A DNA stretch of 60,392 nt, filler included, from Diploschistes diacapsis (GCA_023645945.1; 11 parts of 11 records of this genome joined end to end with filler, not necessarily neighbours in it), one strand, 5' to 3'. Counted from the whole stretch's first letter, positions 47,065-59,824 are shown. The notes: a model not told the origin generated them from the letters alone. Made by a program: numbers and translations.

Positions 47065-48715
47065 ATGGTAGGCCAACAGCATGGCCTCCCTCGGACCATG
47101 AGCAAGAAGCTGGACTTGTTGTTCCCAATCTTTCCTGTAGAAAGCTTCAATGAGAAGTCCTCAATCGATCTCTCTGTTTCGGAATGCTTAAGCTACTTGA
47201 ACTGTGTACCGATTCTAGATTAGAGGATTTCAGCTAAGATGTACTGAGTGGCTTTCCTCTCCGTTCATCCATACTGATAGAAAAGGCCAGACTCTTCACT
47301 ATGCTCCAGGACTGTACGAACCGCCTAACCTCCTCAAGCCCTTCGCAATGTTCTTCAACCAGTATTTTCACCCTACCTTCCCTGTCGAGCCCAGCCATCT
47401 CGTGACAGTACGCAGCGCTGCTAGCGGTCTCGATGCCCTGAATCAATCCATATGTGATCCTGGGGTTACTATCTTAATTGCTGGACCATGTTGGAGTATA
47501 TTCCTTGGCCTTTGCTCTTGACGACCAGCCCTGCTGATCCATTTCCCTGTGCACTTTACTGACTCTGTTGAACTGGGTAGTGGGCTACCACACCATTCCC
47601 CGTCTCCACACGCCAGTTCACCTCTCCATCGTCACTACGCCCTCGTTTAGCGAGTCCTGTACAGTGGCTATTATTTCTTTTCTCAAGGCTGCCTATAGCG
47701 CCGCGCCAGACCCGAGTCGAATCCGCGCAGTCCAACCAACAATCCACATAATCCTGTTGGACGCTGCTACGACCGCTCCATACTAAAGACTCTCGTGTAC
47801 TTTTGTGCGAAGCGCGAGACACCCCCCATATCGGATGAAGTTTTCCCATTATTCGTGACCGACGCTGAAGTCGGCAGGTCTGAGTTTGGAGAAATGGGAG
47901 ACTTCGGGACCCTTGGGCCAGGATTCAATTCCATGCTTTCCGCTACTCCATTGGCTTTCCTAGACAAGGCTAAGCGAGATGGAAAGCCTGTGCTTGACCA
48001 GAGCCGCGTGCATATGCTTAGCAGTCTGAGCAAAGATTTTAGAGCAAGGGGAGTGCGAATGGTAGGGGCGTTATCTGCTAATGTATTTAGTTTTTAAATT
48101 TCTCTGTTGATCGCCTGCCTTATTTCCCATCTCTCTTTTTGTACTACACTATCGCTTTCGTGCCTAGATGTCTTTTTCCACTCAATAACTAGCAGATTTT
48201 TCTTCTTTTGATAGATTGTTCGGTTTGCGCACGATACTGATAATAACCATCTTAGGGTGCCATCGTCCCTCAAGCTAACCCCATGGTCCTCCCCGCCATT
48301 GCCTCCTGCACCTTCCGCATAACCTCAATATCAAGCTCCATCTTCGCGGAGACGCTCTTGACCTCCTCTCAACTCTCCAACCTATCATCCACCCACAAAG
48401 ACCTTCTCGCATCCAACTACAGCATCCTCACTTCCACCCTTCGAAAGTGGAATGTAGAATACGTGCCCATACGAGCAGGCATGATGGGTTTCGCCCGCCT
48501 GGGAAAGTCGACGGGAAGAGACGGACAAGATGAAAAAGGACGATAAGATGGTGACAAGAGTGCAGAAAGAATCAGGAGTAGAAGTTGTGAGTGGAGAGAA
48601 GAGTGGCATGTTTGAACAGGGGAAAGGATGGGTGAGGATTGCGTTTGCGGTGGAGACGAAAGTGCTAAAAGAGGGGTTGGGGAAGATTGGGAAGGCCTTG
48701 GAATTCGAGAAATAG
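47065..48715 (+). pseudogene. PLP-dependent class I/II aminotransferase (ACC-synthase-like), degenerate
   Basis: IDLSVSE, FFNQYFHPTFPVEPSHLV..SICDPG..ILIAGPCW, ISDEVF, RVHMLSSLSKDF (PLP lysine) and GWVRIAFA. Reading-frame disruptions near 47785 and 48530. Confidence 0.8.
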
Positions 48716-49150
48716 TCATTATACTGCATAGGAGAAGGGCTAGCAATACCGGTGTGGTGTCTCCGTCCCAGCCACTCCAGCCGGCAACATTGTTATATTG
48801 GTATGATTTACAGCAGCTTTAAGGTTCAGCGAAGGCGGCGTTGTTTGAGTTGTCATGAGCGGTTTAAAACAACTGAGTCATCAATTCAGCAGATCAGAGA
48901 TGGAAATGCATCTTCGAGAGGATTTTCGTATTTGAATCTGGGCAATACTTTTCTGTATGAAAATCGTTTTACCCCTTTTTCTCCCCATGGTTGCCGTAAT
49001 GGGAAAAAAAGTGGAGCCGCCGGGGAGTGCGGCACGCAGCTTGAAGCCCCCCAAAAGCTCCGCATGACAATCTCGCCCATTCCGCAACGATGCCACCGAA
49101 GACAATACGATAGCTGGCGCACCGCAAAGCCTCTCTCCTCGCTGACCACC

Positions 49151-49445
49151 ATGATCAACGCCGTCCTCGTCTTCAACAACATCGGCCAACCGCGCCTCAC
49201 CAAATTCTACACCCAACTCGTACAACTCCCCCCCTTCTCTCCTTCCCACCTTTCCTTCCATCCACCTTCCATTTTCACCCACTCCTACCTCCCTGCGGAC
49301 CCCAAAGAAACTTAAGCTAACAACCCCGCTTCCCTCCGCTTCCCAGGACACATCCGTCCAGCAGCGCCTCATCTCAGAAATCTACACCCTCGTCTCCAAC
49401 CGGCCCTCTACCTCCTGCAACTTCCTGCCCCTCCCGCCCCTCCTC
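49151..49445 (+). CDS. APS3: AP-3 adaptor complex sigma subunit, 3' truncated
   Basis: MINAVLVFNNIGQPRLTKFYTQL|DTSVQQRLISEIYTLVSNRPSTSCNFLPLPPLL. Confidence 0.93.
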
Positions 49446-49545
49446 NNNNNNNNNNNNNNNNNNNNNNNNNNNNNNNNNNNNNNNNNNNNTTAATTAATTA
49501 ANNNNNNNNNNNNNNNNNNNNNNNNNNNNNNNNNNNNNNNNNNNN

Positions 49546-49981
49546 CCTTCTCGCTCTCCTTACCGCCCTTCCCACCGGCCTCCTTTCCGCCACCCTTTCC
49601 CGCCGTCTCCCGCTCCCCAGCCCTCTTGAGCCGCACCAGGTGCTCCACCTGCTCGTCCGGGTGTATATACACCCTGCTTGGTGGCAGGCCGGAAAGGAGG
49701 GGGCGGGGGAGCGGTCGCGGTTGTTGTTGTCTTTCTTGGATGTCTTGGTGGGATTGACTGGATGAAAGACTGTGGGTATGGGAGGGGGAATGTGGGGAAT
49801 GTGTGTGCAGGGTGAGCTGTGTCCAGTCATGTTGGTGGGTTAGGTTGTGCTGGACTTGGAGGGTGAGGGGGAGGAAGGTGGTGATGTGCGATGGAAGGGC
49901 GGAGGAAGAAGGAGTGGAGGAGGTGAGGGCGGAGTGGAGAGAGGATGGAAGGGTATTATCTGGCTGGGGTTGAGGTGACAT
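49546..49981 (-). CDS. SEN15: tRNA-splicing endonuclease subunit Sen15, 3' truncated
   Basis: QVQHNLTHQHDWTQLTLH and PLPRPLLSGLPPSRVYIHPDEQ, motifs typical of filamentous-fungal Sen15. Confidence 0.8.
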
Positions 49982-50056
49982 CGGGGAACGTAGTGCTGTG
50001 GGCTTTGAAGGGTCTGAGTGGATTGAACACTATATACTATATGTGTGTTTGTCCGT

Positions 50057-50485
50057 TGTGATATAAAAGGCGCCAGTTAAGTACCGCTAAGCCACATAGC
50101 TAAAAGACCAACAATTCTGCATCGTGCCAGTATTGAAGTATACTGATACATATACGCTAGGACCGTGACTAGAAATGATCTTGACTTTATGATGAGAACC
50201 TTTGTGTGTATATAGCTAGGATACTATGTTTCCATCCCGTCCTCTCTCCTAGGTACTCTGATGTCTAGTGAATACTCTCAGCATCCCCATAGTCTACGTC
50301 TATTTTCAATTCATGAATTACTGCTGCTTCGAATTCTTAACGGTCATTGAATTATTTGTCGCAACTAAGAGACTCGTTGATGGGCAAAGCCATCTACCGT
50401 GCGCAAACGAGCCCTCACTTCAAGAGTTGTATCGATATCACGTCCCTGCATCGAGGGAGGGTCACGTCCCTGCATCGAGGGAGGG
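50057..50485. repeat. Degenerate LTR-like segment ending in a 24-bp tandem duplication
   Basis: Start TGTGATAT..GCGCCAGTT..TAC.GCTAA.CCA.ATA.CTAAAA is shared with 37578. TCACGTCCCTGCATCGAGGGAGGG occurs twice at 50438-50485. Confidence 0.45.
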
Positions 50486-52421
50486 CCGTATCTCATTGTT
50501 CCTCTAGTACTCCTTCGGCTCCTCTTTGTCCTCCCGACAGTTGAGCTTGCCGTTGTCGCTCAGCCGCCAGTAATCAACAGGTGAGGCCGAGGGATCGACG
50601 AGCGTGGAGGTGAATATGTGGTGAACCCGGTGAGCACCGGAAGAAGTCCTAGTTGTCAGACAGGTAGAGGAAGGCGAACATCCTGTCGTGCGCGTGCGCT
50701 TGACCGCTACAGTAGCGAGTTGGTCGAACAGTAGTCTGAGGCTCTCGCTAGGCGGATCTGCCTTTCGAACGTTGAGTGCGGAACGCCTGCCTGGTCCAGT
50801 TGCCATGCGGATGCACCACTCTGCAATCACTTCGAATGGAACGGATGCCTCATAACAATCGAAGTCGATATATCCAACATTGTCACAAAGCCCGAGCTTT
50901 CATCGAACGGTCGTTTGCGACTTTACAAAAAGTACGCAGTGGAAGACAAACAGTAGGGCAATAAGAGTAGTCGCATTGCTGTTCGTTGCCTTGGCGGCAC
51001 ATTGTCTACTTTCTCCTGGAAGATTTCAAGGTATTCACTGTTCTCTTAGCAGCACTGAGTCACTATAACTCTCGCAACCATCCCCAATGGCATCACCTCC
51101 GCGCACAAAAGTGAGCGACTTCCAGAGGCACTGACAGAAAATTCGCCTCTCAACAATTATCCGAATATTTCTCCCGACTTCTCAACCTGGCGTCTTTAGC
51201 AGGTAGACAAATACGGCTTCACTTTGCTTATGCAGGGCTTTTGACCAACGCTGTGACCGTTGAGGCTAGTCGCCCGATTGAGACGACGCTTGAGTTCCCT
51301 CGGCATGCACTCCGGCTGTTAGACTTTCTCTACTAAATAGGGGCTTATACGAGATACGAAGTACATCATACAAAATATATGCAGTTACCCAGCGCTGGCT
51401 AAATCATTCAAGGCCACCGTTAAGCGCTTTATGAGAGTGTTCCTTCCAAATTATACCAGGCCACCTGGCAATCTTCGAAAGGTCCAGTATCCAAGGTCAG
51501 CTTATGCATCTTCAGGAAACGAGGGCTCGTATAAGGAGCCAGTCTATGACCTTGAGTCTAGACATTCAGTATTCCAAACTCTTCCGATTTTGGTCGCTCC
51601 GTGACAGCCTCTCCAATGCTAGGTGGTGTGATATGTTGCCGCGGAAAGAATCCAGTAGATTCGCTCAATCGTCACTTACATGGTCCTTTGCTACGTGTTC
51701 AAGCAATGCCCTACATTCAATGATATCCTTACCACTCTCTTCTGAACTATCATTCCATCTTGCTCTGTCGATCCTTTGTACTGGCTTACTCCGCATTCTC
51801 CGCAACTCATGATTCCCTTGTGAGTCTTGGCCATCTGCAAGCAGAGCTTATGTGACAATGCCTGACGAACCAAAAGAAAGCGATGATGGATGGAGAAGTA
51901 GTATTTTGCGGGGAAGCTGTAAGTGATATGCCTTCCTCGTCTTAACCTGATCTGCATCTAAGGAGGCTAGAACAACAATAGGAGCTTCTCGCCTTCATTG
52001 GTCTACAGTGGGCATATCCCCGGACAATGAAAGACATAAAGAAGGTGCGGTATCAATCAGCCTGTATCAGAGCCTTGGAATATCAAATTCTTTGGTAGCG
52101 GTCATCGCAATTATTCCCTTTCGGCTAAGACGTCTTTGGTTATATCCTCCGTGCTCGGTCATCTGGTCGCTAGCTTGCTAGTAACAAGGGACTGCGTTGA
52201 GGATGAACATTTCACGCTTCAATCAAGATGGCTGACATAGCTAGAGCAGTAAGTCTCTCGGGAACTAACTATAAAAAGGGTCTTAGAGCCCATCATGATT
52301 ATCGTAAGGCCAAGGAAGCTGTCCTACAGCTATTCGACAATTGAAGTTCCTATTCCTTGTCGACGCAGGCCCGGTACGCAGAATTATACTTCTAGCCTTC
52401 TTAAGACGTGCCGCATCAAAT

Positions 52422-54490
52422 ATGCTTGTCGCCGGAGTGTTCTCTGCGCTCTCTGCGCTCCTGACGAAGGCCGCTCCAACTGACCGCAATGTCGCCACCG
52501 TTGAGTCCAGACAATCTACGGACAGGCTGGTTTTCGCTCACTTCATGGTATTTAGCTCTGAAGCCCTTCCGGATAGTTCATACTGATGTGGCCAAGATCG
52601 GCATTGTAGGAGATCGTACAAGCTCTACAGATTTTGACGCCGATATGCAACGTGCCAAGTCCATCGGGATTGATGCCTTCGCTCTCAATATCGGCGTCGA
52701 TCCATACACTGACACTCAGTTGACCTATGCGTACGAGTCTGCTGTGAACAATGACATGAAGGTCTTCATCTCTTTCGACTTCAACTGGTGGAACACCGGC
52801 CAAGCTACGCAGATCGGACAGCTGATTGCCCAATATGCTTCTTCCCCTGCTCAACTAATGTTTAGTAACGCCGCTTTTGTGTCCTCATTTTCAGGTGATG
52901 GTCTCGATGTTAACGCAGTCCGCTCAGCTGCCGGCATAGATATCTTCTTTGCGCCCAACTTCCACCCCGGCGAAGGGGACTTTTCTACCACTGATGCTGC
53001 CCTCAATTGGTAGGTCATCTCTCAGCAAAACATGTTGGTGCTGACCTCACAGGATGGCATGGCCAAATAATGGCAACAACAAAGCGCCTGACGCAGGTGG
53101 GAACATCACGGTGCAGCAAGGCGATGAAGCATACGCAAGCGCTCTAGCTGGCAAGCCATATATCGCGCCATGCTCAGCTTGGTTCTCTACTCACTACGGT
53201 CCCGAGGTATCTTACTCGAAAAATTGGGTCTTCATGTCCGACGCGCTCTGGTTCGACCGCTGGAACGAGATTTTAGCCCTCGGCCCACAGTTTATCGAGA
53301 TCATCACATGGAACGACTACGGCGAATCTCACTACATCGGTCCACTGTCTTCGAAACACACCGACGATGGCTCCTCTAAATGGGTCAACGATATGTAAGC
53401 TCCAAGCCCCTTCCTAGCGCCTCGTAGTAACCATCCAAGGCCCCACGATGGCTGGCTCGACATGGCCCGCCCCTTCATCGCCGCCTACAAAGCCGGTGCC
53501 ACCTCTGTTGACGACTATATCACCGACGACCTCATTGTCTACTGGTATCGCCAAAACCTCAAGTCGCTCGACTGCTCCGCGACAGATACCTGCGAGGTCC
53601 CTGCCAACAACGCATCGGGCAACTACTTTGAAGGTGAGCTTGCCCAATACGTCCATGCGACCATCACAATAAGCATTAACAACCCCTCAGGAGTCCCCAA
53701 CGGCTGGCAAGACATGCAAGACTCTATCTTCGTCGTAACCCTCCTCCAATCAGCCGGCCAACTAACAGTCAACTCCGGGCCCAACACCCAAGCCTTCAAC
53801 GCGCCCGCCGGCAGCAGCATCTTCGAAGTCCCCATGGGTCTCGGCCAGCAGTCCTTCATCCTCTCGCGCAACGGCGTCGCGGTATCCGGCATGTCAGGCG
53901 CCTCCCTCAAAGACGTCACGGACGTGTGCAACTGCGGCAGTAAGCCTTCTTTGCCCTCCCCCCCTTATCCCCTTTCCCTCTTACCTTCTCCCGCTTTTCC
54001 ACACACGCGGTCACTCCACCATGCTCCAAACCCCCCTTTCCAACACTAACCCCCTTTTCCCTGTACAGTATACAACTTCAACGCCTACGTCGGCGCCCTC
54101 CCCGCCGACGCCCCCGACCCGCTCGGCGGCGACGGCATCACATCCCTGCCCGTCGGCCTGCACGTCTCCACCTGCGCCGCCACCGCCTCGCTGCCCACGG
54201 CCCCCGCCTCTATCACAGCCACCGACCGGCCCACGTCCACCGCGCCGGGCACGACGCCGGAGCCCACTACAACCACCTCTTGGACAACAACATCCCCGGG
54301 CCAAACGACCACAACCACGAGCACCGGGCAGTCGCATACCACGACTACGCCGGCGACGACAACTACGGGGACGTGCGCGACGACGATCACGGCGTCCAGC
54401 CAGATCTTTCCGACGAATTGCTTGAGCAAGGGGGAGTGTTGGCGGGGGCCGGTGGGGGAGGACACGCCGGATCGGTGTGACGGGTCGTGA
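52422..54490 (+). CDS. Secreted alpha-1,3-glucanase (mutanase), glycoside hydrolase family 71, multi-exon
   Basis: Signal peptide, RLVFAHFM|IGIV, AKSIGIDAFALNIG, KVFISFDF, YSKNWVF, EIITWNDYGESHYIGPL, PHDGWL and YNFNAYVG; then a Thr-rich linker and a Cys-rich tail. Confidence 0.95.
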
Positions 54491-55110
54491 GGGGATTGAG
54501 AAGTTGAGGAATGGAGTGGGGGAGGAAGAGAGAAGGGGGGTTTAAGATACTCGATTGCTTTACTTCTATAGCTTCCAGAAGTCTACATGACGGTATGGAA
54601 TGGTCCTGGCTCGATTATTTATCTTTCCTCACGCCCCCATTCCTTCAACTTCCCTCTCCTCGGCGTGTGTATGGGGCTTTAGCTGCTGCTGCTGCTTTGC
54701 CATCATAGTTCTGTACCATACTCATACATACGTCTGGTTGTCGAACTTTCATCGAGCCCACTCGCGTATTCGTCAAGTACATTACGGGCCCAGCTCTTTT
54801 TGGTAGGTGGATGGGGAAATCGAAGCACCTCGGAGCCCCTTCTTTGCCAACGAAAAAGCCCAAATCAAATGCCCACCAGAAAAGGAGGCTGGATAGAAAA
54901 GCAGAGACAGCACCTACGACCNNNNNNNNNNNNNNNNNNNNNNNNNNNNNNNNNNNNNNNNNNNNTTAATTAATTAANNNNNNNNNNNNNNNNNNNNNNN
55001 NNNNNNNNNNNNNNNNNNNNNTAATACGCGCAGTATAGTTCGTATATATAATATATATTAATTATTATAAGAACTAAATATGAGCTAAACAGCTTGATAG
55101 ACATATTATA

Positions 55111-55543
55111 TGTGACCGGGGTGAGGAACAGGTGGTGCTCCCGAATCGCCCTACAGAAATTAAATAAAATTAGGAATAAAAAACAAACAAATATAATAAA
55201 TATTATAAAGATTTTGATCTTATAAAAAAGATCAAAGTTACTTTATCGTTTAAAGGTTTAATGAATATTTTTGATAGAGGTTTTATTTTTTGAATAAATG
55301 TTCGAAAGGAAGACGCTTTAGGACAGCTTTTAGCACAGATATAAGGTAAGGGCATAAGCTTTTGATATAGGGGGATATTTTGGTAATCGCTGGGCTTATT
55401 AATGGATCGCTTAAGATTGTTACTGGGATAGGTGGTGCCGATCTCGCTGCTGAAGCGACATTTATAACGATGCCGCTTGGTATCTTATGTATATAAGTAG
55501 ATTTTTGCTCTGACTTAGCTACAATCTACACTCACTTCTCACA
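55111..55543. mobile_element. Solo-LTR-like element, RIP-like AT enrichment
   Basis: Bounded by TGTGA...TCACA. The last ~120 nt are homologous to 7108-7234. No clear target-site duplication. Confidence 0.6.
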
Positions 55544-55562
55544 CTTTTGATCTCATAGATGA

Positions 55563-55711
55563 TTTGCAAAACAAGTTTCGCGGGTTTCGCGGGTTTCGTG
55601 ACGTTTTGTTAAAATGTTTGGTGAAAGTTAACGAATCGCTTAAATGCATTATCAGTTACCAGTTTCGCGGGTTTCGCCAAGTTTGGCGGGTTTTGCCAGT
55701 TTCGCGCACTG
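55563..55711 (-). mobile_element. DNA transposon terminus (hAT-like) with GTTTCGCGG subterminal repeats
   Basis: Repeated GTTTCGCGG/GTTTGGCGG motifs ending in GCGCACTG (CAGTGCGCGAAAC on the minus strand). Confidence 0.5.
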
Positions 55712-56337
55712 TACAGGTTTTCGCGGTGTTTGGCGGCCAAAAACTTTTCGTTGAATATTTAAAAATATATTAAAAAGAGTGTCGCGTGTAACTTAAGATA
55801 GGCTAGGATTTAGAAACTCAGTACACGAGTCAACATTCTAATGAAAAGATAAATTCTAATTACGACGAATATATTATATCTAAAACCCGTGAAATGATAA
55901 CAATAATAATTTAAGATGATCCACTTCTCGGGGTGGCCCTGTTCCCAGTCAAACATGTTAACAAAAGCAAATATAGTTTTATTACGGATATAAGCCATTG
56001 AACCCGAAAAGCTGAACAGTAAATTTATTTATCTTATAGACTTTAGCTACATAATTTGAACACACTATGCAATCGAAGCACACAGGAATTGTGCAGCAAC
56101 TATTCAAAAGACAAGAAGCTGAAATCGCTACGCCGGCACGTGACCGTTATCTGCTAGGTGATCGGTGTGTCCGCGCGTGTCCAAGCCAAAAGCTTGCTGT
56201 TATATTCCCCCCTATACCGAGCGCGTTGCTTCCCGTCATCGTTGTTGATTTCATCGCGAAGTACTCGCTTGTTACTTCATTCTTTCCCGAAGCATTCTGT
56301 GGGCTGTCTGTTCCGGACTTCATGGAATCATCCGGGT

Positions 56338-59073
56338 ATGGCTGAAGAAGCTCAACCGCCTTCCAAAGACCAGGCCTCAGCTCTTTTCCACCAGGTCTTC
56401 TTCCATATCGTTGAGAGTGATGCTTTATCTTCAGAACAAGCTAACCAGGCCCGTCCCCATTTTGGTCACATGTCCTTCTTGCTAATTCCCATTTCTAGCT
56501 AAAGCAACAACTTAAAACGAATGGCGCCGTGGAACACTCTCCGCCCTCTAGTAACGGCAAGATCTCCGTTGAAGGACTTACCCACATTGTTTCCGCTACG
56601 ATCGATTTCGAGTCTTACGAGTTTGCGATGGAGCGAATGATACCTGTTGTTAAGCCTAGTTGGGTTCATGGCTCGGTCCAAAAAAGCAAGCTTGCGAACC
56701 CAATGTCACATAGCCCAGACACAAGACTGTTCTTCTCGGGACTCGTTGTGTGCATCGCAGATCTTCCCGAAGGAGATAAAGATGCAATAATTGGCGGTGT
56801 GCTTGCAATGGGAGGACTCTACTCGGGAGCTGTATCGAGAATGGTAACGCACATTGTTGCACTCAGTCAGGACCCTCAAGCTTGCCGCATAGCGCTACTA
56901 AAGAACCTGGATTGCAAAATAATCTTACCTCACTGGTGAGCCTCTTCGTGTGACCAAGATCGGATTTTGCCTAACCTACCATCAGGTTTGATGACTGTCT
57001 GCGATTAGGCCGACGTATTGACGAAGGGCCATACCTCCTGCCGAACCCTGAAGTGCTTCGGGTCGAGTCTGGCAGTCAGGTCAAGAGCATCGCAAGACCG
57101 GATTTACAAGGCAGCTTGTTTGCCCTTGCTAAACCTCTTCCTAGTTTGTCGAGCTCGAGGGGAAAGCCCTTGGATGTGTTCAAAGGTCACAGTATCCTAC
57201 TTGCCAGAGACCTTGCAATATCCAACCATCTTCATGAAACAATCGAGAACCTCATTGAAGACGGAGGTGGAAAGTTAGTGAAGGAGATTGACGAAGCCGA
57301 CACCTTGGTTTGCCAATACAGGGAAGGCAACGAATTTCGAGCGGCCGGCAGTCAAAGCAAAACGGTCGGCAACCTTTCATGGTTGTACTACCTGATCCGG
57401 CAAAATTCATGGATTGATCCCATGAAACGACTCTTGCATTACCCCCTAGCGCGACATGGCCTACCAGGGTTCAAAGAATATCGCATAAGTTTATCTAATT
57501 ACAATGGTGAAGCTCGGATCTATCTAGAAAATCTGGCGAAAGCGGCCGGTTGTGAATTCACGAAAACGATGAAGATGGATAACACGCATTTAATCACGGC
57601 ACACATGAGAAGCGAAAAGTGTGAAGCTGCCAAAGAGTGGAACATCAACATGGTTAATCACCTGTGGTTAGAAGAAAGCTACGCTAAGTGGCAGATACAA
57701 AGCCTTGCAAATCCAAGATACGTACACTTCCCGCCCAATACAAATTTGGGTGAGGTGGTTGGCCAGACACCCATTGACAGGGAGGCTCTAGAGAACCATT
57801 TCTTTGCACATAGTTCCAAAGATGCATGGCCTAGTGGATACCGCCAGCTTCAACCTGCTGGTAAAACGCACCCATCTTGGTCTTTGAATAAGAAAGAAGC
57901 GGAAATGGAAATAGCGACGCCATCTAAGGACGGACCCGTAACACATAGGTCTAGAGTTAACCAAGACCAAACACCTATAGTATCATTTAGAGATAGGAAT
58001 GAAAGTTTACTGACGATGGCTGAGGCAACGGTTACCCCAGCACAGTCCAAGATGAATGCTAATGGAAAGGAGAATGTAACACCGTCAACAGGAAGCAGGA
58101 GTGCTAAGGAAAAAGCAGCAGTCCGGCTGCACGATATGAGTTCTGACATCGCTTTGTACGAAAAGGAGAGAAAGCGCGTTGGTGGTGTTGTCTTTGGGGG
58201 TAAAAGAGTTGAAGAAGATCTTGTTCTAGCGAAGCCACCAAAGCGGTCAGCCTCAGGGGATGAGGATATGACAACGTCCGATGTCGATGAACGACAGGCC
58301 AAACGCACAAAAAAGACCACGACGTATCCGATTATAGAACTTCTGGTAACTGGCTATACGAAGTGGTCACAGGACCAGAAAATCTTCCTCAAAGACAAGG
58401 TAAGAGCGTTTGATGGTGCAGAAACAAGGTTGCTTATTATATGGTATAGGAACGTCTACGCCACCTAGGCATTGCTTTGACTGATGAATACGAATTTTGC
58501 AAGTTTTTAGCGGCGCCTAAGATTATGAGGACAAGAAAGTTCATTTGCGCCATGGCCATCGGTCCAACCCTTATCACTACAGATTTTGTGGAGCAGTGTT
58601 TAGCAAAGAATAAGCTGCTTGATCCACAAGATTTTCCACTAGCCGATGAAGAAGGCGAACAGCGCTATCGAATGCAACTTCCTAAGGCTCTACAGCGAGC
58701 CAGGCAGAATCAGCAAAAGCTCCTCGAAGGGCAGTTGATCTATGCGACCGAAAATGTACATGGCGGATTCGACACTTACAAGGCTATCGTAGAGGCCAAC
58801 GGGGGCAAATGTGCATTGTACAAAGGCCGTGCAGGGTTAAATTTATCGCCAAAAGACGACAAAAACAGCTCCAGGGAAGCAGAATTCGTATACTTACTCA
58901 GTGGACCTACAGCCTCCGAAGCTAAGCTATGGTCGAAGTTCTGCAGTATGGTACAGAGCGCTGGAAAGATTGCCCGTATCGTAAAGACAGACTGGATGGT
59001 TGATTTAGCACTCTCGCAGGAAATTCGGTGGGACGAAAGCTATGCAATAAAGAAAGACGACATTAGGGATTGA
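56338..59073 (+). CDS. RTT107: Multi-BRCT DNA damage scaffold Rtt107/Brc1, multi-exon
   Basis: THIV..PVVKPSW, FFSGLVVC..GDKDAIIGGVLAMGGLY, ILPHW|FDDCLRLG, VGNLSWLY, LLHYP, ISLSNYNGEARIYLENL, VNHLWLEESY and APKIMRTRKF. Confidence 0.93.
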
Positions 59074-59169
59074 TTGTGATCAAGGATTGCAGGCAATAGA
59101 ATCAAGGCACGCATATGGAGAAAGAAGGCCAACCAAGGTGTCGCACCATTTGATAAGAAGCCAAATGCT

Positions 59170-59824
59170 TCAGAAGAATTTCACGCCCAGCTCGTCTTGA
59201 CTACCAAATATTTGAGCTTTGTTGCGTTTTACAAGAACTTGAAGAGTCTTCTGTAGGATGTCTGGATCCATGCTATAGAATTCTGGTCATGAATTAGTCC
59301 AAATCCCAGCGATTGAGAAGTCGCCGTGAGAACCTTGAGACATGGTAGATTCCCCTTGAGTCAGCTCGAATAGTGTGAAGACCGTGTTCTTCTGTCCGGT
59401 TTCCGCGACCTACGGGGCATGAGCTATAGCTGACTGCAAAGAGCTCGCAACGCCTAACCCAGTTTGACATGATCTCGGCCCATTCCTCAGGCCTCCTCCA
59501 GTAAATGTACGCAACGCTCCTGTCGCTACTAGTGCCAACCCATTCTGCCCTCCGTAGTCCCTCCTCCCGGGTCATCCAGTCGATGATGTCTCGCACATCC
59601 TGTAGGGAGAGCCACTTTCTCAACTTCTTATTGTGGAAGAGCGGCGTATCCAGCATCTCGACGGGCCGCAGGCGCCAGATCCTGGAATGTCGACAGTAAG
59701 CTAATATAATACCAGACCATCGTTGAAATTGGCGCTCGCGTGTTGCACAGATTGGCTGTATATTCCATAGCGGCGGATAGGTATAAGACTTGGGAAAGAA
59801 GAATTCCGAAGCTCCTTTAGGCAT
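59170..59824 (-). CDS. VPS25: ESCRT-II subunit Vps25, 3 exons
   Basis: FPKSYTYPPLWNIQP..TRERQ..W..IILAYCRH, LFHNKKL, YIYWRRPEEWA..W|VAETGQKNTVFTLFELTQG|EFYSMD...KAQIFG...GVKFF*. Confidence 0.93.

Noticed and set aside
50500..52200. Protein-like but stop-interrupted minus-strand frames
   Set aside because: May be an old pseudogene, but no motif was recognisable, so it is not called.
5437..55021. Regularly spaced TTAATTAATTAA repeats about every 5.5 kb
   Set aside because: Assembly linkers flanked by fixed N runs, not biological periodicity.
3716..59073. Apparent chromatin/replication gene cluster (EAF7, MCM1, MCM2, UBR7, Eaf, RTT107)
   Set aside because: The genes sit on different unlinked contigs; only MCM2-UBR7 is truly adjacent.
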